Positions 1 through 6,897 of a stretch of DNA of 32,000 nucleotides are shown here, in pieces. Position numbers and translations under genes: made by a program. Source of the DNA: Candidatus Kuenenia stuttgartensis. GTDB taxonomy: Bacteria; Planctomycetota; Brocadiia; Brocadiales; Brocadiaceae. The stretch is from contig NZ_LT934425.1 in NCBI RefSeq assembly GCF_900232105.1, positions 3,270,001 through 3,302,000 on the forward strand, given 5' to 3'. A model generated the notes under the pieces. The model searched no databases, had not been told where the DNA came from, and was given only the letters and a program-made list of their open reading frames with translations. Each line of letters begins with the position of its first letter. The first letter of the stretch is position 1.

Positions 1-610
1 TAGAAAATTCTTTTCTTGAAGCAACTACTCTCTGTTGCCGTTTTTCTATTTCACCCAATCGTTTTTTAAGATCATGTATTTTTCTTGAAACAATACGATT
101 ATCTACTTCAAGTTGTTTTTCTCCTGGCCCCCTTGTGCCTATTCCTCCTTCAATTCGTGAAAGATGTGTCCACATCCGTTTAAGTCTTGGTTTTGTGTAT
201 TCCAACTGAGCTAATTCTACCTGAAGTTTTGCCTGGTGGGTCTTTGCCCTTGTGGCGAATATGTCTAAAATCAACTCACTACGATCAATTACCTTTTTTT
301 CAATGATTTTTTCCAAATTTTTTACCTGTGCGGGGGTAAGGTTATCGTCACAAATGAGTACATCTGCGTCCATTTCAACCGCTATTTTTTGCAGCTCTTG
401 CGCCTTTCCTTTTCCAATATAATACAATGGGTCTATGTGCGCTCTTTTTTGGATTACTGTATAAATTACGTTTGCTCCTGCAGTTTTTGCCAATCTGCTT
501 AACTCTTCCAAAGGTTCTTCATCAAGGTCAATAATATTGGGATAAGAAAGCGCTCTGAATAGGATAGCGCGTTCCGCCCTGACAGAAAAACTGGTATCTT
601 TTAATTTCAC
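1..610 (-). CDS. hflX: GTPase HflX, N-terminal part (gene runs off the window start)
   Basis: Absent from the supplied ORF track because it has no stop in the window. My reverse-strand translation from GTG at 610 reads VKLKDTSFSVRAERAILFRALSYPN..LYYIGKGKAQELQKIAVEMDADVLICDDNLTPAQVKNLEKIIEKKVIDRSELILDIFATRAKTHQAKLQVELAQLEYTKPRLKRMWTHLSRIEGGIGTRGPGEKQLEVDNR.. and stays open to base 1. This pattern is characteristic of the HflX N-terminal and linker domains. GGGAG lies about 12 nt upstream. Confidence 0.8.
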   Translation of the reverse strand, partial: MKLKDTSFSVRAERAILFRALSYPNIIDLDEEPLEELSRLAKTAGANVIYTVIQKRAHIDPLYYIGKGKAQELQKIAVEMDADVLICDDNLTPAQVKNLEKIIEKKVIDRSELILDIFATRAKTHQAKLQVELAQLEYTKPRLKRMWTHLSRIEGGIGTRGPGEKQLEVDNRIVSRKIHDLKKRLGEIEKRQQRVVASRKEFS

Positions 611-619
611 GTAATCAGT

Positions 620-1348
620 TTACTCCCTTTTCGATAAGACAATTCTTGCGTCAACGGTTTTTGTCCCTTTCGGGTAAATAAGGATTGGGTTAAGATCTAT
701 TTCTTTAATTTCCTCATTAGAAATCATGATATCTGATACCCGAATAATGATATGGCATATTTCTGAAATATCCAGTGGCGCTGCATTTCTAAATCCGCTT
801 AAAAGTCTGGCGCCTTTTACTTCGCGAATCATGTCAAGCGCTTCGTAATCTTCTACGGGAGCGATACGAAAGGAAACGTCCTTAAAAAGCTCAACAAAAA
901 TACCTCCTATCCCGAACATCACTGTTGGTCCGAATTGCGGATCTCTCAGGCCGCCTACAATAATTTCGGTTGAGGGAGTTGACATTTCTTCCACGAGGAT
1001 TCCATATATCCTTGCATCCGGTACAGTTTTACTAATGTTTTTAAAGATTTTTTCGTATGCAGCCGCAACTTCTTTATCATTTTGTATGTTTAACATTACT
1101 CCGCCTGCATCCGTTTTGTGGCTGAGGTCAGGGGATATGATTTTGAGAACGACAGGGTATTTTATGGAATTTGCAGCCTGGATTGCTTCATGGGCAGATG
1201 AGGCAACTAAAAATCTGGTAGTAACGATTCCGTATGTTCCAAGTAGTTGTTTTGCTTCCGGCTCTAAGAGTTCATGCCGGTTTTGCTCCAAAGCGTTTTG
1301 TATTATCTTTTGAGCATTACGGGCGGTATGCGATAAAAATATATTCAT
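620..1348 (-). CDS. ATP-grasp domain protein, acetate--CoA ligase (ADP-forming) beta-subunit-like
   Basis: ORF 620..1441. The N-terminus from the ATG at 1348 (MNIFLSHTARNAQKIIQNALEQNRHELLEPEAKQLLGTYGI..) aligns with the usual start of ACD beta / ATP-grasp_5 proteins. It also carries KxxSPDxxHKTDxGGV and a C-terminal IDLNPI motif. The 31-codon upstream extension in the track is probably not translated. Confidence 0.7.
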   Translation of the reverse strand: MNIFLSHTARNAQKIIQNALEQNRHELLEPEAKQLLGTYGIVTTRFLVASSAHEAIQAANSIKYPVVLKIISPDLSHKTDAGGVMLNIQNDKEVAAAYEKIFKNISKTVPDARIYGILVEEMSTPSTEIIVGGLRDPQFGPTVMFGIGGIFVELFKDVSFRIAPVEDYEALDMIREVKGARLLSGFRNAAPLDISEICHIIIRVSDIMISNEEIKEIDLNPILIYPKGTKTVDARIVLSKRE

Positions 1349-1420
1349 CCTTTGTGTTTGTAAAGAATCCACCCGCGGAGCAGGTGGCTTTGGGATAACC
1401 CCTATAAGGGGATGAAAATG

Positions 1421-1996
1421 CCTTCCTTCCAAAGGAAGCAAGGTTGAGTTGTCCCCATTTTAAATTTACCGTTGTGACTCTTCTTGGCGCTCTTTCTGCT
1501 CTTGATATTTCACATATTTACGTATCTTTTCCGTATCCAAACCAACGGTATCGACACAGTAACCTCTCGACCAGAAATGATTACCCCAATAAGGTTTTTG
1601 CTTCAAATGTCGAAACTTATTGAAAACTCGAATAGCTGTTCTGCCTTTGATTATACCTACAAAATCGGATATCGATATCTTGGGTACTACCATGACAAGC
1701 AGATGAACATGGTCAATTTGTACATTTAACTCAACAACTTCACAGCCTTTTTGTTCAGAAAATGCTCTGATACACTTACCTACTTCTTCTGCTACTTGAC
1801 CAGTAAGTATTCTTAGACGATATTTTGGTGTCCAAAGAATATGATATTGACAATGCCATATCGTATGCGATAATTTGCGAAATCGACTCATTTGTTACTC
1901 CTTTGTTGATGTTGTGGGACAACTCAACTTAGATTGTAACAATGAGTCGTTTTACTGGCAAAGCCTTTAAACTCTGACCACGCCCACAGGGCGTGG
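1421..1996 (-). mobile_element. IS200/IS605-family insertion sequence (tnpA-only, IS200 type); boundaries approximate
   Basis: A Y1 HUH transposase gene is flanked by structured ends. One hairpin has a 10-bp stem with 1 mismatch at 1421-1443. A second has an 8-bp stem and 3-nt loop (ccacgccc aca gggcgtgg) at 1978-1996. A 13-bp inverted repeat, gttgagttgtccc (1443-1455) / gggacaactcaac (1916-1928), brackets tnpA. Exact cleavage sites cannot be read from one copy. Confidence 0.6.
1466..1891 (-). CDS. tnpA: IS200/IS605-family Y1 (HUH) transposase TnpA
   Basis: 141 aa. It has the HUH motif (IDHVHLLV), the catalytic Tyr region (IRKYVKYQ) and the typical N-terminus (HCQYHILWTPKYR). AAAGGAG Shine-Dalgarno lies upstream of the ATG. 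Confidence 0.92.
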   Translation of the reverse strand: MSRFRKLSHTIWHCQYHILWTPKYRLRILTGQVAEEVGKCIRAFSEQKGCEVVELNVQIDHVHLLVMVVPKISISDFVGIIKGRTAIRVFNKFRHLKQKPYWGNHFWSRGYCVDTVGLDTEKIRKYVKYQEQKERQEESQR

Positions 1997-2082
1997 TTTT
2001 CCACATTATTAATAAAGATAAAAAATCTTGAATTCCAGCGGTGTAAACAATAGATTAATGTAATTATAACGAAAGAAAGACA

Positions 2083-3507
2083 ATGTTCAAAGAATATATA
2101 TCCTATACAGAAAGCAACAACCAATGGCTGGTACATGAGCAGTTTACTTTCCTTGTATCACACCTCAAACATCTCAAAACGTTAAACAATCATACCACGA
2201 TCAAAATTAATAGAGAAGATAGGTTTAAAATACTTGCCGGGTTTGAAGTTGTTAAATCAGATGAAGCATATAGCTTTATTCTTAAGATTTATAAATATCC
2301 TTCACTATTTCAGCAATTGAAGCAATTGTTTAAACGAACCAAGGCATTTAGGGAGTTTTATATGACGTACCTTGCCGCTTCAAAGGGCGTTCCTGTGGAA
2401 GTACCCGTTGCGTTTGGCGAACAAAAATGTTTTTTCATTAAAAAATCATACCTTATCATAAAAAAAATCGAAAATTCTCATACCTTAAACGATTATTTTA
2501 GAGACAATAATTGTTTTGCAGAACGAAGGTCTGTTCTAAAAGAATTTGGCAAACTATCAAGATTTATTCATGATTCCGGCATAAAACAGGATGATTATTC
2601 GTTAAATAATTTCTTAGTTTTTAAGCGTGATGGGGACACAAGGATTATTTTAATTGATTTTGAAAGGGTATCAATACAACGCGGGAGTCTTTTGGAAAAA
2701 CAAAGTATTTTGTATCTGGCAAAGTTGAATAGAGCAAAAGGGATATTCTGCAATACGGAGCGTCTTCGTTTTCTCATGACATACGTCGAAGGTGATTATG
2801 TATATTGCAAACAACTGGCAAAACGAATTGAATCCCTGACATTCGCATTGCAAAAAAAGGATTCGAAAAAGTTTGTGCAGCAATGTATTCATGAGAATAG
2901 AAAATTTGGCATTTTTAAAAATGCCGGATTCTTTGGCAGGTATAGAAAAGCATATTCTCAGGAAACGATACGGATACTATTAGCGACGACAGACCAAATG
3001 GTTAATGGTACAGTGCAGGCCAAGCAATATCAGATAGTACGGTTTACAAAAATGCCTTCATACCAAAAGCGATTTAGAGGCGCAGTAGATTTGTGGAAGC
3101 ATGCGAATGCCTTGTTTGCGCTGAGAATTAACGTTCCTGTTCCGGTAGGGATATTTAAGAGAATATCATCCGGATGGCCAAAAGACGAATTTTTCATTTA
3201 TCAACTGCCAGATAACTGGACGCCAATAGACCAGCATCTTTCTTCAACCGATGATTTAGCAATTTTGATGCGAACGATAAAGGTGTTTATAGAAGAAATA
3301 TCTCCGTTCGGCATCGTCAGACAAGATATGAATACGCGCGATATCATTCTCCATACGGATAAACATCACCGGCTGAAATGTTTTTTAAAGGATTATTCCG
3401 CATTTTTTTTAAACAGACAATCATATCAGCAAAATAAATCGTTCAATATGAAGGTTTTTGATCAGGCTTTAATGATACATGGTCAGTTAAAAAAATCTGA
3501 AGGGTAA
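2083..3507 (+). CDS. Lipopolysaccharide (Kdo/WaaP-type) kinase family protein with a second, degenerate kinase-like half
   Basis: 474 aa. The N-terminal half has Kdo/LPS-kinase features: GVPVEVPVAFGE, catalytic-loop-like QDDYSLNNFLV and metal-binding-like LIDFERV. The C-terminal half repeats the fold outline (INVPVPVGIF.., RDIILH.., LKDYSAF) but lacks the D..N and DF[ED] residues. Confidence 0.6.
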   Translation: MFKEYISYTESNNQWLVHEQFTFLVSHLKHLKTLNNHTTIKINREDRFKILAGFEVVKSDEAYSFILKIYKYPSLFQQLKQLFKRTKAFREFYMTYLAASKGVPVEVPVAFGEQKCFFIKKSYLIIKKIENSHTLNDYFRDNNCFAERRSVLKEFGKLSRFIHDSGIKQDDYSLNNFLVFKRDGDTRIILIDFERVSIQRGSLLEKQSILYLAKLNRAKGIFCNTERLRFLMTYVEGDYVYCKQLAKRIESLTFALQKKDSKKFVQQCIHENRKFGIFKNAGFFGRYRKAYSQETIRILLATTDQMVNGTVQAKQYQIVRFTKMPSYQKRFRGAVDLWKHANALFALRINVPVPVGIFKRISSGWPKDEFFIYQLPDNWTPIDQHLSSTDDLAILMRTIKVFIEEISPFGIVRQDMNTRDIILHTDKHHRLKCFLKDYSAFFLNRQSYQQNKSFNMKVFDQALMIHGQLKKSEG

Positions 3508-3700
3508 TTGCTAACGAAAGCAATGTGTAGGGCATTGCATCGCCTGCCAAAAAATAAGCTGCAAGATACAGGGAATCCCCACGTTTAAGCTGAATAGTTA
3601 CAATCGTTCATACTTATAGATAACTCCGTTGATATACTCTTTTTCTGGGAAATCCGTAAATTTGTGATCCATTAATTAAAAAGACTTACGACAACCATTG

Positions 3701-5567
3701 TTTGCAACGGATGTTCACCCCTGCCAAAACGCATAAGTGCTTAATACATAGTTTGTTAAGGCTGTATTTTTAATAAATATGTAGTCACTAATATATTGTT
3801 ATTATCCGACAATATACTTGACTGATAATGGTTGTTATCTGTACAATGGTGGACATGCATATTGTAGAGAACAAGTCAAAATCCGGTAAAAAAATCTATC
3901 GATCTACCCTTCTGCGGGAATCGTACCGTGAGGATGGGAAGGTCAAGAAACGCACCATTGCGAATCTGTCGAATTGCACTCCCCTGGAGATTGAAGCGAT
4001 AAGACTTGCACTCGCACATAAAGACGATCTCTGTGCATTGGGCGCATTGTCAGAATCGGTGAAACTCCATGAGGGTTTGTCTGTGGGAGCAGCGTGGAGC
4101 GTGTACCAAGTGGCAAAGGAATTAGGGATAGAAGAGGCATTGGGAAAGGACTTTGAAGGAAAGCTGGCGCTTTGGCAAGTAATGGCAAGGGTAATAGGCC
4201 GGGGGTCAAGACTGTCTGCAGTAAGGCTGGCGCAGATACATGCTGCGGGTGACGTCCTGGATATGAAGCGTGGGTTTGACGAGAACAATCTGTACGATAA
4301 TTTGTCATGGTTGTCAGAGAATCAGGCAAAGATAGAGCGAAAGCTGTTTGAGTTAAGACGAGGAGGCAATAAGCCGAAGTTGTTTTTGTATGACGTGACG
4401 AGCAGTTATTTAGAGGGGAAGTCGAATCATTTTGGTGAGTACGGGTATAATCGTGACGGCAAAAAGAGGAAAAAACAGATAGTGATCGGTATGCTTTGTG
4501 ATGAATCCGGGGAGCCGGTATCAACAGAAGTATTTAGGGGCAACACCCAGGATCCGAAGACCTTTGAATCTCAGGTAAAGAAGGTATTAGAGCGGTTTGG
4601 ATGTAAAGATGTAACGATTGTAGGAGATCGTGGGATGATCAAGACGGTGCAAATCGAAAGTTTACCGGAAGGGTTTCATTACATAACGGCGATAACTAAG
4701 CCGCAGATAGAGTCGTTGATAAATAAAGGGATACTGCAATTAGGATTGTTCGAAGAAAAGCTCTGCGAGATAAAGGATGATGAGGTTCGATATATTCTGA
4801 GGCGCAATCCGGTAAGGGCGGAAGAGATGTCAAAGACCCGTGTATCAAAATTACAGAGTATAGAGAAATACATCGTGAAGAAGAACAGTTATCTGAAGGA
4901 ACATCCTAAGTCGTCAGTATCGAAGGCCCTGGAAACAACAAGGGAAAGGCTAACGAGATTGAAACTTGATGGGTGGGTGCAGATAAAAGAAGAGGATAGG
5001 ACGCTAAAGATAGAGAGAGCTGAGGAAGCATTAAAGGAGGCATCATACCTTGATGGTTGTTACGCAATCAAGACTGATCTTGAGGAGAACGAGGCGGATA
5101 CCAATCTGGTACATGAACGATACAAGGATTTAACGGAAGTGGAGAAGGCGTTTCGGGACTGTAAGACGGTGAATTTGGAGGTTCGTCCGGTGTATGTAAG
5201 AAAGGAGGATAGTACACGGGGACATGTGTTTGTGGTAATGCTTGCGTACATGATAATTCGAAGGCTGCGCAGAGCGTGGAAGAATTTTGACTTGACGGTA
5301 GAGGAAGGTCTCGCACAATTGACGACCATTTGTTCGATGGAAGTAACAATCAAAGGCCAAAAAGCTAGTTGCCAGAAGATCCCGCGTCCGCGGCAACAAT
5401 CACATGAATTATTAGAGGCATTACAGATAAAGTTGCCAGAAGTATTGCCAAGCCGGAACATACGGGTAGTCACTAGAAAAAAGCTTGCTGTTCGGCGTAA
5501 AAGTCAATAAATATAAGGCTTTTACGGCACTTTTGTTTTTTGACTTGGGGTGAACATCCGTTGCAAA
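3701..5567 (+). mobile_element. IS1634/IS4-family-like insertion sequence with perfect 21-bp terminal inverted repeats
   Basis: tttgcaacggatgttcacccc at 3701-3721 and its exact reverse complement ggggtgaacatccgttgcaaa at 5547-5567 bracket a single DDE transposase ORF. I saw no flanking direct repeat. Confidence 0.8.
3828..5510 (+). CDS. DDE transposase, IS1634/IS4 family
   Basis: 560-aa ORF. Its N-terminus ..IYRSTLLRESYREDGKVKKRTIANLS is typical of IS1634-group transposases. DDE candidates are LYDVTSSY, IVGDRGM and YKDLTEVEKAFRDCK. The true start may be the ATG at 3846 or 3855. Confidence 0.85.
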   Translation: MVVICTMVDMHIVENKSKSGKKIYRSTLLRESYREDGKVKKRTIANLSNCTPLEIEAIRLALAHKDDLCALGALSESVKLHEGLSVGAAWSVYQVAKELGIEEALGKDFEGKLALWQVMARVIGRGSRLSAVRLAQIHAAGDVLDMKRGFDENNLYDNLSWLSENQAKIERKLFELRRGGNKPKLFLYDVTSSYLEGKSNHFGEYGYNRDGKKRKKQIVIGMLCDESGEPVSTEVFRGNTQDPKTFESQVKKVLERFGCKDVTIVGDRGMIKTVQIESLPEGFHYITAITKPQIESLINKGILQLGLFEEKLCEIKDDEVRYILRRNPVRAEEMSKTRVSKLQSIEKYIVKKNSYLKEHPKSSVSKALETTRERLTRLKLDGWVQIKEEDRTLKIERAEEALKEASYLDGCYAIKTDLEENEADTNLVHERYKDLTEVEKAFRDCKTVNLEVRPVYVRKEDSTRGHVFVVMLAYMIIRRLRRAWKNFDLTVEEGLAQLTTICSMEVTIKGQKASCQKIPRPRQQSHELLEALQIKLPEVLPSRNIRVVTRKKLAVRRKSQ

Positions 5568-5658
5568 ACGGGCAAAAATGTTGGTTAATCAAACAGCGTT
5601 GAATGGCATAGTAAAATATAAATATGAAAAAAGTGAGAAAATTATTTAGAAAAAATAT

Positions 5659-5685
5659 TAAACTGTTTAGAATTTGTGTCGATAA
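5659..5685 (+). promoter_or_regulatory. Sigma-28 (FliA/SigD)-type promoter for flagellin-1
   Basis: The sequence TAAACTGT-N11-GTCGATAA matches the consensus TAAAGTTT-N11-GCCGATAA (or TAAA-N15-GCCGATAA). It sits about 150 nt upstream of the flagellin ATG at 5834. Confidence 0.6.
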
Positions 5686-5722
5686 AAAAAACAGACATAA
5701 AGCGGAAATAAAGTAAAAAAGC

Positions 5723-5734
5723 GTACAAGGACAC
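5723..5734 (+). promoter_or_regulatory. Possible CsrA-binding GGA motif in the flagellin-1 leader; a second one overlaps the SD at 5818-5826
   Basis: GTACAAGGACAC matches the first 9 positions of the SELEX consensus RUACARGGAUGU. ACAAGGAGG overlaps the Shine-Dalgarno sequence. No csrA or fliW gene is in the window. Confidence 0.3.
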
Positions 5735-5833
5735 GACTAGTCAGTCTAAAAGGTGTTTTAACAAATGTAATTGTGATAGGGTTATATCCGTTAAATAAAC
5801 AGGGAAAACATTTAAAAACAAGGAGGTTGGGAT

Positions 5834-6730
5834 ATGTCAAGAATTAATACAAACATTAATGCGTTGAATGCGTTGCGATCGTTAAATGATATTAACACGC
5901 AACTGTCGGTTTCGCAATTAAGGCTTGCGACTGGCAAAAGAATTAATAATGCCGCCGACGATGCCGCGGGTTTTACGATTGCCAAGAAATTCAATGCCCG
6001 TTCACAAGGGCTTGGACAGGCACTTGCGAACATAGGTTCTGCCAAGAATCTTATGTCGGTTGCGGAAGGCCATCTGAATAACATCCTCGATATTTTAACA
6101 CAGATGAAGACAAAGGCGACGCAGGCGGCAGACGATTCGTTAGGGAGTGCAGAACGTAACGCTATTCAGTCGGAACTCAAAGCATTGGCAACACAAATTG
6201 ATCTCGAAGTTACCCAGTCCACATGGAACTCCAAGTCAATATTTGGTACGGGGAATTCTACTACGGGAGCGGCAAGTAGTGTGCAGTTTAAATTCCAGAT
6301 TGGCGCAGGGGCAAGCAGCACCAATGATGTGTTGAAGTTTGACTTGTTAGCGAAAGACAATGTAAGCTTTGATGGCGGCAATACAAACTATAAGTCTGAT
6401 GGATTGCGGGTAAGTGTTGCGACGGCGGGCAGGGCGGTTACTTCTTCGGCGTCCGCGCAGGCATTGATGAGCAATATAGATACCGCCATTGCGGATGTAT
6501 CAGAAGGGTTGAGTTACATTGGTGCAGTAGTGAACAGGCTGACCTATCAGGAAACCAGTTTAACGGTAGCGAGGACTAATACCGAGGCGGCTAGGAGCCG
6601 TATTGAGGATGCGGACATGGCATACGAGCAGTTGCAGTCAACAAAGCTGCAGATATTACAACAGACTGCAAGCGCTATGTTGGCGCAGGCGAATGCAGGG
6701 CCTCAGTCAATCTTACAGCTTTTCGGATAA
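5834..6730 (+). CDS. fliC: Flagellin (paralog 1)
   Basis: 298 aa. It has the canonical flagellin N-terminus (MSRINTNINALNA..LSVSQLRLATGKRINNAADDAAG) and C-terminus (..RSRIEDADMAYEQLQSTKLQILQQTASAMLAQAN). The central region is short and rich in Ser/Thr/Gly. Strong SD AAGGAGG. Confidence 0.95.
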   Translation: MSRINTNINALNALRSLNDINTQLSVSQLRLATGKRINNAADDAAGFTIAKKFNARSQGLGQALANIGSAKNLMSVAEGHLNNILDILTQMKTKATQAADDSLGSAERNAIQSELKALATQIDLEVTQSTWNSKSIFGTGNSTTGAASSVQFKFQIGAGASSTNDVLKFDLLAKDNVSFDGGNTNYKSDGLRVSVATAGRAVTSSASAQALMSNIDTAIADVSEGLSYIGAVVNRLTYQETSLTVARTNTEAARSRIEDADMAYEQLQSTKLQILQQTASAMLAQANAGPQSILQLFG

Positions 6731-6746
6731 TAAAGGGTGTATTATC

Positions 6747-6777
6747 GGGGATGGGCAGCAATGCCCGTCCCCTTTTC
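6747..6777 (+). terminator. Rho-independent terminator after flagellin-1
   Basis: An 11-bp stem pairs ggggatgggca (6747-6757) with tgcccgtcccc (6762-6772), including one G-U pair. The loop is gcaa, followed by TTTT. Confidence 0.7.
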
Positions 6778-6897
6778 TATTAATAGTGAAATTGTCTTTA
6801 AATTTTATTAGGCATAATGTATTGTTATTTTCATATAGGAATCATATATTAGCTTGCCGGTTTTTGGCGTTTTTTTCTTAAATCAGGGGAATTTAAA

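Noticed and set aside
3896-5473. Long antisense or overlapping ORFs inside the IS1634-like transposase (3896..4288, 3943..4524, 5060..5473, 5068..5349, 5130..5399)
   Set aside because: They lie opposite or out of frame to a transposase ORF with clear family motifs. Their products are low-complexity (Ser/Pro/Thr/Leu-rich) and they lack an SD. They are most likely a by-product of the purine-rich, higher-GC coding strand.
3691-5575. Target-site duplication for the IS1634-like element
   Set aside because: The flanking hexamers (ccattg and acgggc) and longer flanks show no direct repeat by eye, so I claim none.
5812-6381. ORFs antisense to or overlapping the flagellin genes (5812..6084, 6147..6335, 6166..6381, and 13458..13655, 13721..14167, 13806..14090)
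   Set aside because: They overlap unmistakable flagellin CDSs. The mirror-image ORFs occur in both paralogs, as expected from the flagellin codon composition, and have no independent support.
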